From Amoebidium appalachense (lineage: Eukaryota; Protista; Ichthyosporea): a DNA stretch of 64,000 bases. The DNA lies in NCBI GenBank assembly GCA_963693365.1, contig CAVNZM010000017.1, positions 1,093,989-1,157,988 on the forward strand, in the 5' to 3' direction. Under the pieces are notes generated by a model that was not told where the DNA came from, did no database searches, and saw only the letters and a list, made by a program, of their open reading frames with translations. Numbering within the stretch: position 1 is the stretch's first letter; each line of letters begins with the position of its first letter. The translations under genes were made by a program, and so were the position numbers. Of the stretch, positions 19,019 through 33,222 are shown one piece after another.

Positions 19019-19223
19019 TGTAACTTACAACGTAATGAACGGGATGGCCTCGACACCGGGGACACGAGTTTGGTTTGTGTTTGTGTGAAGGAAAAAAAAC
19101 TGAAGCTCCTGGCTCCGGCCCCCCCTTTTGTACTGCCGTCTTTATTGTGACGGGGGGGCTCTACGTTCCGGGGGGGTTCTTCACATATAGGGTTGCTAGG
19201 GGTGGTCGGTATTCTACGTCACA
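19019..19223 (-). repeat. 5' LTR of the gypsy element (205 bp)
   Basis: TG...CA termini, AATAAA at 19146-19141, directly followed by PBS TGGTAACA (19018-19011). Confidence 0.75.
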
Positions 19224-20047
19224 AGGTCTTAACAATGACGTCATAGCAGATGGCCAAGCCCCCGCGCATGAGCAACACGCTACTAGGCTACTGTATACAT
19301 GTAGTATATATAAACTACAGATGCGCGTGTCTTTTGGTTCGCGCCTATACTTTCCAGGCCAAAAAATAATCAAACTTTGTCTCATGGACGCGTATTCCAC
19401 TGTCAATGAAACAAATAATTGTGCCTTTTCATCATCAACTACTTAGCCACAGGTCACAGCGCGTCCGCGAGAGCTCTAGCCACTTTTTGAGCCATGACGT
19501 CACCGAAGACAGTGTCGGCCTGCCATTTCAATTTGGCCAAACACAGTTAATTCTTTGTGCCACGCTGTTTCCTAGGTACTTGAAGCTTACCAAAACCGGG
19601 ATGCCTCGCTCAGCATGCAGCACATGCGTCACTTACTTTTAACTGGTTAGAAGATAACAGGTAAATTGGGGGTAGTAGGGTGCTCGGCCGTTGCTAGGGT
19701 TCTATGATTCTCCCCCCCCCCCTCCCCCCTCTCCCTCCCCCCCCCCCCCCCCCCCCTCCCCCTCCCTCCGTTCTTCCCTGTCCAAGAAGACCTTTTTTTC
19801 TGCTGAAGTCGTAGGGGGTGTGCATAAAAGTTAAAAACGCGGGGTGGGTGTTTTTTCTTTGGAGGGGGGGGGGGGGGGGGGGGGATTTGACGAAATTCCT
19901 TGTGGAGGTCAGTACGGGAAGATATTTACTTATGATTCGGTTGGTGGTAGTGCTGGTGCTTGGGGGGAGGGAGGGGGTGAGGGGGAGAAGGGAGAGAATG
20001 CGGGCGAGAGAGGGAGGGGGGGGGGGAGAGGGGGAGAGGGGGGGGGG

Positions 20048-20078
<31 letters not shown>

Positions 20079-20214
20079 GGGGGGGGAGAAGGGGGGAGAG
20101 AGAGAGAGAGGAGGGGAGAGAGAGAGAAACTCTGAGAGAAGTGGGGTTAGGGGGGGGGGGGGGGGGGGCGGGGAGGGGGAAGAGGGAGAGAGAGAGTCTG
20201 TTTGTGTGATCATC

Positions 20215-20247
<33 letters not shown>

Positions 20248-20632
20248 TGGAAGATAGCAATGGGGGAAAGGAGATATCTAGGGAACAAGTTGAAGTTGGG
20301 ACGGGACAGAGCTCGTGGGGGGGAGGAGAAGGGGCGGATGAATGGGTAAAGGGGGAGGGGGGAGGGGGAGGAGAGGGGGGATGATTGTGGTCTAAGTGTT
20401 TATTGGCAGAATCTTGAATCCAACATGCAAGTCTGTACGGGGGTTTTTTTTTTCCTAAAAGGGGGGGGGGGGGGGGGGGGGGGGCAATAGGCAATGTTCA
20501 GATGAATGCGAGACTGGGTGTGTGAGGTTCGCCGCCCAGGAGAGAAGGGGGGGGGGGGGGGGAAGGGGGGGAGGAGGGGGGGAGGGGGGCGGAGGGAAGG
20601 TGGAGAAGGGGGGGGGGGGAAGGTCTGCATGC

Positions 20633-20691
<59 letters not shown>

Positions 20692-20838
20692 TGTGTTCAC
20701 GTGTATGTAGTGTGTGCGTGCGGGGGTGTATGTGTGTACACGTGGATGTACGTGGTGAGAGTCATTCCCCCCCGGGCCCCCGGTCCTCTCCCCCCCGCCC
20801 CCCTTTCCCCCCTCCCCCTCTCTCCCCCCCCCCCTCCC

Positions 20839-20869
<31 letters not shown>

Positions 20870-21405
20870 ATACACACACATGATGCGCGCGCAGGAACAG
20901 TTACACAACCGAACACATAATTAACGCAGGCATGAACCAGCGCGCACACAGCTAGCACTAAGAATTCGAAGACTAATAAACAAGGAAAACAGTGCTGCAA
21001 GCAGATGCTTTCGAACGTACTGAGTCTCACCATGTACTAATATACCGCCACTTGTTTTCAACTCAGACTACACCAACCCTAACTATACCTACTAACTCTG
21101 TAGTAAGAGAGATAGCCTAGAAGTTCAACGTCATGCATAACTGTATAATGCGAACTTCCGAAGGCAGCCCAGGCCGAGTAACTTCAGTAAAAGCATGTAC
21201 ATGGTGTAACACTATAGCAGCATCATAAATAGTTTTGTGACCGGGTACAACAGTAACTGTCATAGCAGTTACTGTAGTTGTGTTGCAATAGGGGTGTAGC
21301 ATGTGAGAGGGTCACCGGACGGAGGAGGGGGACAGGGTGGGGGAGGAGGGGGGGGGAGGGGGGGGGGGTTTGGCCCGGTAGGGGGGTGGGGGGAGGGGGA
21401 GAGGG

Positions 21406-23984
21406 TGTTGGAGTGCAGACTTACGCTCACTCCACAATATGTGTATGTTAGCTTTACAATTGGTTCCGTGTACACAGACACACGCTGACACTCGATCACC
21501 ACATGCACATCTGCATAGTTGAGGAATGTTGCCAATTGTGTTTTGACTGCAAACGATTGGTTCACTGGTCCCAGAGATCTCTAAATGAAAGTAACCAATC
21601 CGATTAGCGCCTGGCATCCGGATTACATTCCAGACTGCTGCCCCACGGGTATATAAGCCACGGCTCTGCCAGGTGCAGAAATGGAGTTCAGTCATGGAGT
21701 AAAGACATGGAGTTCAGTCATGGAGTTAACACACTGAAAGCAGTAAAAAAACGGGTCAGCGCCCAAGCGCGCCACGACGAGGGCCTAGTCACAGCGGACT
21801 CTACTTCCAACAGGGTTATGGGCCCAGACACGACACCGCGGCCTCTAACTTCACGTCCCCTACGACGCCTTGAACGGAGGAGCCAGAAACCGACTTCTAG
21901 GCTGTACCCTACACCCGCGAGCGTATTTCCGTGAAGTAGAGACTTTCGCTTCCACAAACTCCATCCGCAGCAGCCTGCGACATCAACGTCAAGTATTCCA
22001 CTTCATTGGCGGGGCACGCACCACAGTGGAATGCACACCCCGGTCTACCCTGCAAGCAGCCACACTCACTCTCTCTTCTCTAGTGGTGTGTACACTTCTC
22101 CAATTGGGTAGGGGTGTTGGAGTGCAGGCTTACGCTCACTCCACAATATGTGTATGTTAGCTTTACAATTGGTTCCGTGTACACAGACACACGCTGGCAC
22201 TCGATCACCACATGCACATCTGCATAGTTGAGGAATGTTGCCAATTGTGTTTTGACTGCAAACGATTGGTTCACTGGTCCCAGAGATCTCTAAATGAAAG
22301 TAACCAATCCGATTAGCGCCTGGCATCCGGATTACATTCCAGACTGCTGCCCCACGGGTATATAAGCCACGTCTCTGCCAGGTGCAGACATGGAGTTCAG
22401 TCATGGAGTTCAGTCATGGAGTTCAGACATGGAGTTCAGTCATGGAGTTCAGTCATGGAGTTAACACACTGAAAGCAGTAAAAAACGGGTCAGCGCCCAA
22501 GCGCGCCACGACGACCCTAGTCACAGCGGACTCTACTTCCAACAGGGTTATGGGCCCAGACACGACACCGCGGCCTCTAACTTCACGTCCCCTACGACGC
22601 CTTGAACGGAGGAGCCAGAAACCGACTTCTAGGCTGTACCCTACACCCGCGAGCGTATTTCCGTGAAGTAGAGACTTTCGCTTCCACAAACTCCATCCGC
22701 AGCAGCCTGCGACATCAATGTGAACGTCAAGTATTCCACTTCATTGGCGGGGCACGCACCACAGTGGAATGCACACCCCGGTCTACCCTGCAAGCAGCCA
22801 CACTCACTCTCTCTTCTCTAGTGGTGTGTACACTTCTCCAATTGGGTAGGGGTGTTGGAGTGCAGACTTACGCTCACTCCACAATATGTGTATGTTAGCT
22901 TTACAATTGGTTCCGTGTACACAGACACACGCTGACACTCGATCACCACATGCACATCTGCATAGTTGAGGAATGTTGCCAATTGTGTTTTGACTGCAAA
23001 CGATTGGTTCACTGGTCCCAGAGATCTCTAAATGAAAGTAACCAATCCGATTAGCGCCTGGCATCCGGATTACATTCCAGACTGCTGCCCCACGGGTATA
23101 TAAGCCACGGCTCTGCCAGGTGCAGAAATGGAGTTCAGTCATGGAGTTCAGACATGGAGTTCAGTCATGGAGTTCAGTCATGGAGTTAACACACTGAAAG
23201 CAGTAAAAAACGGGTCAGCGCCCAAGCGCGCCACGACGACCCTAGTCACAGCGGACTCTACTTCCAACAGGGTTATGGGCCCAGACACGACACCGCGGCC
23301 TCTAACTTCACGTCCCCTACGACGCCTTGAACGGAGGAGCCAGAAACCGACTTCTAGGCTGTACCCTACACCCGCGAGCGTATTTCCGTGAAGTAGAGAC
23401 TTTCGCTTCCACAAACTCCATCCGCAGCAGCCTGCGACATCAATGTGAACGTCAAGTATTCCACTTCATTGGCGGGGCACGCACCACAGTGGAATGCACA
23501 CCCCGGTCTACCCTGCAAGCAGCCACACTCACTCTCTCTTCTCTAGTGGTGTGTACACTTCTCCAATTGGGTAGGGGTGTTGGAGTGCAGACTTACGCTC
23601 ACTCCACAATATGTGTATGTTAGCTTTACAATTGGTTCCGTGTACACAGACACACGCTGACACTCGATCACCACATGCACATCTGCATAGTTGAGGAATG
23701 TTGCCAATTGTGTTTTGACTGCAAACGATTGGTTCACTGGTCCCAGAGATCTCTAAATGAAAGTAACCAATCCGATTAGCGCCTGGCATCCGGATTACAT
23801 TCCAGACTGCTGCCCCACGGGTATATAAGCCACGGCTCTGCCAGGTGCAGAAATGGAGTTCAGTCATGGAGTAAAGACATGGAGTTCAGTCATGGAGTTA
23901 ACACACTGAAAGCAGTAAAAAAACGGGTCAGCGCCCAAGCGCGCCACGACGAGGGCCTAGTCACAGCGGACTCTACTTCCAACA
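21406..23984 (+). mobile_element. Tandem-array TRIM: 4 LTRs and 3 non-coding internal domains, copia-type PBS
   Basis: LTRs 21406-21812, 22115-22544, 22853-23269 and 23578-23984, each TGTTGGA...TCCAACA with CCAAT and TATATAA. PBS GGTTATGGGCCCAG after LTRs 1-3; PPT GGGTAGGGG before LTRs 2-4; 5-bp TSD GAGGG on both outer flanks. Confidence 0.9.
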
Positions 23985-24024
<40 letters not shown>

Positions 24025-24412
24025 GGGGGATGGAAGTCCATATTGTACTATTGCAGACTACAAAAAGCTCAAAAGCGGGCGAAAGCGATTATCATGCTGC
24101 TACATTTGTTTGCCATGCATGGCCATCGCGATCTGATTGCCATGTCTGTATGGGGTTTACGCTGTTTACTCGAGGCAAAGAGAAACCAGTCTCAGGTATG
24201 GGGGGGTTTTTGGTCGGAATATCCCCTCAGCGGTATATCATGATCACGTACATAGATGTCGGGTGATGACTATATATCAGGGTTTCACTTTCTCTACGAG
24301 ACACCATAAAGACTACAAAGAGAAATCAATTAGTTGGGGTTCCCCGTTTTTTTTTTTTTTTTTTTTTTCTTTTTTTTTTAGGGGCTCCCCTGGGACACTC
24401 GGTATCAACTGG

Positions 24413-24537
<125 letters not shown>

Positions 24538-27415
24538 CTAGAATTTTGTAGTGATGTGTTTCTCAAGCCAATCAATACATCTAATAAACAGGTCGTAGTT
24601 ACGCGTGTTTAGTATAAAATCAAGGATGTTGTAATTTACAGGTAGGCTATCTTTCTGGGTGTCTGTTGTGAATGTGACGTGTGTGTGTTGCGGTATTATG
24701 TGGTCTATCAAACTACATTTGGCGATACACGACCGTTTAAACTGGTGTGTGTGTGTGTTGTTTGGGCATGCAAACGATGCCACCTTATACTTATTAGATC
24801 TCCACTGCGGTATAGCACGTGTACAGTAGAAGCGTGGTAATTGATCAATAATACCGTCGGCTAGAGAAAGACCAGTTCTACAGGAAGGTAATATGTATTT
24901 AGGTGTTATACATTTGCGAGTGCCATATTTGGCAATATGGTTGAGGCGGTCAGTATATATAAAACGAGGCACAAGGCTTAGTTTTTCAAGGTGTATGCTT
25001 TTATCGGGGATAGTGTCGTGTGGTATCTTTTTCCATTTGTTATATTGCGTGATTATCTTGTGATTGCCCATGTTTAATAAGTAAGTGGCAGTCCAAAGTC
25101 ACACACACACTTTTGCGGGGTTTTATTTGTATTTGTGCCCAGGGGAGAAGGGGAGAGAGAGGGAAGGAAAGAGGGGAGAGGTGAGGAGGGGACAGGTCGG
25201 ATAGAGAAGAGAGGGTGGGAGGGCAAATACTTCTTTAAGCGGCTTATGTGCTTATTGAATTTCAGCGCGAGATAGGATACTCTAGCAGCTATTGGGACCA
25301 GACCATATATCGAGAGCGTTACACTCCAGACCATATATCGAGAGCGTTACAGGCCCAGGTTTACAACAGTTGTTAGATTCGGAAAGGAGGCAACTTCTGC
25401 TTCAAGGAAATTTGCCAAGGGTTTAAGCGCTCTAGTTCTCTCTTTCTTGATCCAAGCGGCGAGCCTCGAGAAGGGGTAAACCATATTCACATGCCGGGAA
25501 GACAAAAGTGCGAATAAATGTAAGTCTAATAGAAGAATGCCATGGGTGTGTCTTTAAAAATATTAGCCGAGAAGAAAGCTAACCGCTTACAAGCCAACTC
25601 TACCCTCTTTTCGACCATATGGGAAAACATAACACCAACAGAATTAACCGGAACACCAAGATATTTATATTCTGGAACTATAGGTACAGGTTTAGATGAT
25701 AATGTAAATGTGTGTAAATTGTTAGCTATATCAGGTACAAGAACACCACATTTATCTATGTTAAGGATCATAAGGTTTGCCTTGCACCACTCTGACACTA
25801 CATCGAACAATCTTTGCAGGAGTCTAGGGGTACAGGCAAGGAGGGACAGATCATCAGCATAGAGAAGTGCAGGCGGAAAGTTATTAATAGGGCCATCGTT
25901 TTCGGCATAAATCTTGACAGCCAAATCATCTATAAATAGGTTAAACAAAAAGGGGCTAAGCAATGAACCCTGCAAGAGGCCTCTAGTACGAGCAAAACTA
26001 TATGAAAGATGCCCATTAACCACTGCTCTACCATAGGTTTGAGACAAGAGTGCTTCTAACAGAGCACCAATGCAGTGTGGTACACCCCGTGCAGCAAGCT
26101 TTTCCCATAGGAGACCAGGGGAGACAGAATCGTAAGCAGTTTTCCAATCAATAAAGCCAACATATCGTGCACCAACTTGCATAGAATCGTGCAGTGCCAT
26201 TATTTGAACATAACATGAATTGTTTTTACGAAATTGGCATGGGTGTATGTGAAGAATAGATTGAAACCTAGGGTGATGCCGCAAATAACCTAAGTAAGCA
26301 AGCTTCAAAGAATCTACGAACAACCTGGGTTAGTGTGATGGGGCGAAAGGATGATATGGGGCCCTCAGAGTCCTTCTTAACTATGGGGATCACTAAGGTA
26401 TCTAACCAAGATGACGGGACATGTCCACATTTAACACACCAAGAAAAGAGAGAGCTTAACATGATAGTAAGATCAGGTTTAATAGCACGATCACTTTCCT
26501 TTTGTGGGTAGGAGGGAACAAGGATTTTAAGAAACCCAGCAGGGAGACTCTCCATCAGGTCCACAAGACTTACTAGAGCTATAACTAGATATCACAGACC
26601 ATATGGTATCGGGACTGAAAAAGGGGAGGATCGATTCTATGGGGATAGATGGGTCTACAGGCCACATGTACACAATAGGTTTCTGAGCGGGGGTCCTATC
26701 TTTAAACAGTTCCGAGAAATACTTATCAGAGTCTATGAGGGGGTCTCCAGTGGTATCACCAATAATACGAGCAGGGGGGCCAAATCGATTCATACTAGCA
26801 AGCCGGCGCAAGCTTTCCTTTTGAGACAGGGGTTCACCTAGTCTAGCGGGAGTGGTGTTTGGTAACAAGAGAGCATCGGGATATATTCCTTCCTACCACC
26901 ACCAGCATAATCACCGAGATCTATTAGCTGGGCCTCCGGCAATGTCCACGCAATAAAAAGTGTGTAAACCCCATTAAATCATCAACAATAAAGTTAGAGC
27001 ATGTATGTATCTAGTACGAGATGTGAATCTGGTCTGGCACACATACATCAACTCTAGGTCTACCCCACTGTGACTTAAGCTGGGATAGACGGAGGCGAAA
27101 AAAGGGGGGAGCAGATCAAGGGAGATCTTCGGTAGGAAAAGGATAGGAGAGTGGTCAGATGACCTAGAGAGGTTAGGAGGGAGAGAGAGTTTTGACATGG
27201 TTGATGGCCAAAAGGCCACTTCCCCAGTCGGTGTTGTGGGCATGGGATATTTGAGGGAACCGCAAAGTGTGACTTTGGACATACCTTGCTAAAGGGATAG
27301 CACGCTCCGGGGGCTTAGATGGGTATCCGACACTCACTTGCAGTGTGTCTGTGTGGTGGTGTTGCGTGTTAAATTCACCTAAAATAACAGTGGACATTGG
27401 TAACTGTGACTGCAT
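24538..27415 (-). mobile_element. Degenerate non-LTR retrotransposon (APE endonuclease + RT + Cys-rich C-terminus)
   Basis: APE remnants VILGEFN and SDHSPI. RT motifs SFRPITL, FIDWKTAYDSV, GLLQGSLLSPFLFNLFIDDL, YADD and YKYLGV. Broken by several frameshifts; the stop codon abuts a (CA)n tract. Confidence 0.9.
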
Positions 27416-27539
27416 GACTTATAACTGCGCTGACGATGCATATGGGCAGATTGCATGGCCCAAGGGCACGCCATTTGCAATCGATACGCGTGCGCACGCG
27501 GTTGACAAAGAGGAAACGTATGCGTATGTATACACCATA

Positions 27540-27730
27540 CCAAAGAATCACGTGCACGCACTCAGTTACATATGGCGACACGCGACCGGCGTGCACGTGC
27601 GTGGGGCCGTGGGCTTTCCTCGTTACCACGTGTATGTACATGTCCAGGTGTGATTACGTCATCAAGTGCGCGCTTAACCAATCAGCTGTTTTGTGGATTC
27701 ATGATTTTCGAAACGAAAACGGAAGAAAAC
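27540..27730. promoter_or_regulatory. Putative promoter cluster upstream of NR2C2AP
   Basis: Three CACGTG E-boxes (~27549, ~27594, ~27627), TTACGTCA and CCAATCAG within ~150 bp of repeat-free DNA. Function is inferred. Confidence 0.4.
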
Positions 27731-28042
27731 GTCAGAACGTACGCCTAGGGTGCGTTTAGTGTTGTGTATGTGGTATAATCTCGACTCACTAACTGAATAA
27801 CATGTGCATTGAAGTATGGTTTGTGTCTGGAGTGGAGTAATCAAACGTATATAAAAGAAAGAATCTTGAAATTCGGTTCAGTTGAACGCGTGATATAGTC
27901 ACATTCAAAAACAAACACCAACGAGCCTAGGAGGTCATTTCTCCGTTAGCAGGCTTTTTTGTGACATCGGGTTGAAGAGCATTTGTATGAGTAGAAACCT
28001 TGAAACGTGTGGAAGCAGGCGTAAATCCGCTGGATAGCGAAC

Positions 28043-28092
28043 ATGGCTAGTCTCATTTCTTCAGATGTGCAGACAAGGTGTGTGTGTGTGCG

Positions 28093-28168
<76 letters not shown>

Positions 28169-28729
28169 TGTGTGTATGTGTGTGTTTGTGTGTGTGTACG
28201 TGTGTGTGCGTTTACGTGTTTGTGTGTTTGTTTGTGTGTGTGTGTGTGTGTGTGGGTGTGGGTGTGGGTGTGTGGGTGTGGGTGTTGTGTGTGTGTGTGT
28301 GTGTGTGTGCGTATGTACGTGTTTGTGTGTCTGTGTGCCTTTCTGTGTCCGTGTGCGTGTGTGTGCAAGTGCACGCCCGAGCACGCTCAGGCGTGCCTCT
28401 GTGTTGATGTGCACGTGTACGTGTGCGTATGTGTGTGCCTGGGTGAGGGTTGTGTGTTTTTCTTGTGTGTTCGTGTTCAGGTTCGTATTTTGTGTATGTG
28501 TGTCCACTGTGTGTGTGTCTGTGTGTGCACGCGCGTGCGCGCGCGTGTGTGCATCGTTGTGTGCGCGCACATCGAGTGAGTGTGTGTGTATGCATCCTTT
28601 TTTTCGCACACATCGAGTGAGCATGTGTGTGTGTACGTGTGCGTGTTACCGTCCCTCTCTCTCACTCCACCCCTCCCCCTTTCTCTCTCTCGCTCTCTCT
28701 CTCTCTCCCTCCCTCTCTCTCTCACCTCC

Positions 28730-28766
<37 letters not shown>

Positions 28767-29633
28767 CCCCCCCCCCCCCCCCCCCTCTCTCTCTCTCCCC
28801 TCTCCCTCTCTATTCCCCCCCCCCCCCCTCTCTCTCTTGCTCTCTCTCTCCCCCTCTCCCTCCCTCCCTCCCTCCCTCCCCCCTCCCCATCTCTCTCTCT
28901 TTCCCTCTCTCCCTCTGTCTCCCCCCCCCCCCCCCTCCCCCTCTTTCTTTGTCTATTCACGCACGTACTTTGTCAATCGCATGTTTGGGCGGCTGGGAGT
29001 GTGAGCTTCTGCTTGTTGTAGTGTTCCTTCTCAATTTCTTCAACCCCTGTCCCCACCTCTCCCCTTTACCGCTGCATTTTCTTCTCCTGCCCTGCACGTA
29101 TTTAAACTCATTAGTATACTTTGTTTTTGGACGTGTCTGTCCCTACATGTGGCCCAATTATATGCAGGTGTGTGCTTTCTCTCCTCCCTTCTTTTTCGCT
29201 CCCTCCTCCCCCTCCCCTCCCGTCTCTCTCTCTTATTCCTCTCTCTCTGTCACTCCCCCCCCCCCCCTCCCCCTCCCCCCCCAGCGCACTCTTCCCCTCC
29301 TTCCCTTCCCCCCATCCCGTTTGGCTCTTATATAGAGTGCTCGTGTACGTGTGCACGACCATGCATGCTTGACTCAATATGCTGGTGTGAATGCTTTGTG
29401 AGTGCATTTGTCAGATAAATGTGTCCCTTTTTTTTTTTATTAGTGCTCATACCACCTCGGGCTATTATCATCTGTACGGGAAACTCGCGTTTTGGGTTAG
29501 GTTTGGCTGTGCTGTGTCCCATGGCATGCCGATTGAGTATCAGTGGCTGTGTTTAGTGCTGTGACACGCGACCGGACGTGCATAGTCTGATATATTGGTG
29601 TTGTTTCAGGCTTGGCTCTGTCTCTCTGTGTCC

Positions 29634-29696
<63 letters not shown>

Positions 29697-30526
29697 CGTG
29701 CGCACGCGCGTGCGCGCGCGTGGGTGTGTCTGTGCACACGCTCGCACGCAACAACTGAGGTGCCTTGTGTGCATCTTGTGCCTAATTGGGTATCTGTATG
29801 TAGTTGGAGAGAGTATGGGTTCGTGCAAAAAGTGTGTGTGTTGTTTTTTATTTTTTTATTATTGTTTTTTTTTTTTGGTGTTATTTTTTTTTCGGGGGGC
29901 AGCTCAGATTTTAAATTCTTAATGCCCAATTCTGATTGGACCTTACAGGGTGAGCAGCACCCTTAACCGTGACGTAAAGCAGTACGGAAAGAAGTTTTTA
30001 TTGGACGGGAGGGAGGACACATGTTGGAATTCAGACGAGGTGATTGATGCCCCACCCCCCCCCCCCCCCCCCCCCCCCATCCCCCATCTCCCTCCCTTCC
30101 CCCCCCCCCTCTCTCTCCCCTCCCCCCCCCCCCTCCCCCCCTCCCCAACCCGCAATTCCCGGCGCCACCACGCACGGGCGTGCACATACACATGCACATA
30201 GAGGCAGAGTCGGGGGGAGGGGAGGGGGAGGGGGGGGGAGGACCAAAGAGAACAAGAAAGAGGGAGGCTGGGGGGAGGGGGGAGGGGGAAGAGAGCTAGA
30301 AGGGGGGAGGGGGGAGGGGGGGAAGGTGTGCACGCGGACGCAAGCACACGTGCATGCACTTATAAACATACACCAGTGAAACAATGTCTGATTGAGATGA
30401 TCGAGAGGATGAAAGACCCCCCCCCCCCACCCCCCCACCCCACCTTTTTTTTTTTTTTTGCCATCTAAATGTGCTTGCTTGTTATTTTCATTCTTCTATG
30501 CATACCCACCATTCGCCCCCACACAC

Positions 30527-30589
<63 letters not shown>

Positions 30590-30593
30590 CGCA

Positions 30594-30626
<33 letters not shown>

Positions 30627-30641
30627 AGCCGTCCGTAGTTT

Positions 30642-30684
<43 letters not shown>

Positions 30685-31008
30685 CACACACACACAACCA
30701 CCACCACCACCCCCCTCACGACCACAACTACCCGCCCTTTCCATTCAGGGTGAAGATTAGATTTTTTGGGTAGCTTACGTATTCTTTGGAATCCACTCAA
30801 TTGCTTGCTTGGTTTATGCGCCCGGATGTTTGTGTTGATGTTTTATCACAGCCTCCTAACCCCCCCTTTTTCTTTTGTTTCTTTTCTTTTTCTTTTTCTT
30901 TTTCTTTTTTCTTTTTCTTTGGTTTGTTTGTGTGTGTTAACCGCGATCTTCATTTATGTGCCGTGTTTGCTGTGTGTTGTCCACCAAGCCCCCTCCGTTG
31001 CTGACCTT

Positions 31009-31045
<37 letters not shown>

Positions 31046-31231
31046 GACAGAATTTGCATTATGTTATTCATGAATGTTTATTGTCGTACTAAAAGCACAA
31101 TCTACCCCTTCCCCCCCCCCCCTCCACCACCACCACCACCATCACCACCCAGTCACCCACCCACCCACCACGGGACCACCTACCCTCAGTGACCTAACCC
31201 CTCCTCCCCCTCCCATTTGCCACACGCACGC

Positions 31232-31292
<61 letters not shown>

Positions 31293-31609
31293 CCATGTCC
31301 CCTTCTCTTCCTCTGCAGGGTGAAACACAATTTGTCATTATGAAGTTCCCGAAAACAGCAAGGGTTTCGGAGGTACGCATAATGTTTCAGGGGGGATTTG
31401 CAGGCAAGGAATGCCAGATTTTAGGCTCAAAAGGTGATGACGTGTGGGCGAAAATCGCCGACATCTATCCTGAAGATGTAAATTCGCTGCAAATTTTCCC
31501 AGTAGCTGCTACCGAGGTGGAGCAGTTGCAACTGCTGGTAACGAAAAGCACCGACTTTTTCGGACGGGTTGTGATTTATGTTTTGGATGTTCTTGGAGAG
31601 TATTTGTGA
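28043..31609 (+). CDS. NR2C2AP: Nuclear receptor 2C2-associated protein (TRA16) homologue, 3 exons, 138 aa
   Basis: Exons 28043-28077, 29949-30039 and 31319-31609 splice in frame to ...[32 protein letters not shown]...FQGGF...[12 protein letters not shown]...[10 protein letters not shown], matching the recalled NR2C2AP family pattern. Confidence 0.92.
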
Positions 31610-32117
31610 TTCTTTATACTCTTGGTCACATTTTTTTTTTTTGTGGGGGGGGGGAGGGGGGGGGGGGGGGGGGGGAGGGGGGAGGGGAGGGAGGGAGGAA
31701 AGGGGGGGGGGGGGGGGGGGGAGGGAGGGGGAGGGAGGGAGGGGGGGAGGGAAGGGGATTAGCATGAAAATGGATTGTGTGAATGCCGAACTCAGGCGTG
31801 AGGTATCAAATCTTCGTCGGTAGCCGAAGCATGAATGGGTAATAAACATGTGGTAAAGTGGCAGGAATGAGGAAAGAGAACATTATGTACTGTATCACGA
31901 AACATGGAATAGAGAAATCTTCAACTTATAATAAATTTTAAATATTATCCAAAAATTTAAAAGCGTTGGCAACCCTTTTTTTTTTTTTTTTTTTTTTGTC
32001 TTTATTCAAGCAGCCCCCCCCCCCCCCCCCCCCCCCCCCCCACCCCCACCCCACCCCACCCCAACACACACACACACACACCGTGCCCCCCCTCTCCCCC
32101 CAGCCCCAATGAACGCG

Positions 32118-32176
<59 letters not shown>

Positions 32177-32191
32177 CTCCCTCCCCCTCCC

Positions 32192-32255
<64 letters not shown>

Positions 32256-33145
32256 TTCCCCTTCTTCACTTCCAGGCCTAAATCTCCGAGTCCTCCTCCT
32301 CAAAAAAAAAAAAAAAAAAAAAAAAAGAAAAAGAAAAAAACTACCAAAAACCAAGCTTGAAGAAGAAAGTGAGCAACGGAGAGAAGAGCCTTCCGTCCGA
32401 TTTTGCATGCTGATTGGGCCAACTTCAATTTCAACCCTCAAGAGCAGGTCACGTGACAAATTAGAGTAGTAGTGATTGGTTTGTTGTCATGGCATTGTGT
32501 AGCCGATTTTTGGGGTGGCTCACGGGCTGCGTTTTTTGGGGACAGAACCTGCAGGGGGGGACTGCCCAAAAAAACATGAAAAAGCGCCGCCGTTTGCGCA
32601 TTGCAGCATAGTAGCAGTTTGAAAAATTGAGCAGGAAGGTGAAAGGAACAAGGAAAGTAGAGTATTAGACGTGTAAGCAAGAGCCGCGGTGGTCCTATTG
32701 ATAACTAGAAATCCACCTATGTAGAACATCATTTGCAAGGGAATAGAGCTCAACTGAACCTGCAATCAGGATCCGGAAGTGAAGATCTTTTTGAGGTACG
32801 TGTTTTACTCGGTCCCCCTCCCCCCCCCCCCCTCGCCCCCCTTCCCCCCACTCTCTCCCTCCCCCCCGTCTTCGCCCCTCCCCCCTTTCCTCATCTCTCA
32901 CCCTCCGCTTAGTGTCCGCTCTTTCCTGTCCCTGCGCTCCCCCCTAGGTTTCCCCTCCTTTTCACTGCTTCTCCCCTCACTTGGGCTCTGACCTAGGCAT
33001 CCAACCTTTTTATCCGATGACCTAATATCTGCTGACCTGTCAAGATCAATCTCCCTGCCGTAGGCTTCTCCTTGCGTATCATCTCTGGGTGTTCCTGCTG
33101 CAGATTCGCTGCCCATTCATAAAGTTTCTGCACTGTGTTTAGGAG

Positions 33146-33222
33146 TGCGCATGTTGACTTTGTGCTGAGATGCTCTTTTCGCAGTGCGCATGTTGACTTT
33201 GTGCTGAGATGCTCTTTTCGCA
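33146..33222. repeat. Tandem duplication, 39-bp period
   Basis: TGCGCATGTTGACTTTGTGCTGAGATGCTCTTTTCGCA occurs twice. Confidence 0.85.

Larger units (their letters stand above)
11853..19223 (-). mobile_element. Ty3/gypsy LTR retrotransposon, 3'-truncated
   Basis: 5' LTR 19223-19019 (TGTGACGTAG...AGTTACA), PBS TGGTAACAGG, then gag, protease, RT, RNase H and integrase in gypsy order. Ends at integrase WVGPYR where the small LTR element begins; no 3' LTR found. Confidence 0.93.

Noticed and set aside
19700-21300. Scattered exon-like fragments between the gypsy LTR and the TRIM
   Set aside because: Could not be joined into a consistent frame or a recognisable protein.
21406-23984. ~725-bp tandem repeat as a 5S, spliced-leader or snRNA array, or its repeated ORFs as genes
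   Set aside because: No such RNA motifs; TG...CA ends, PBS, PPT and TSD explain it as an LTR element.
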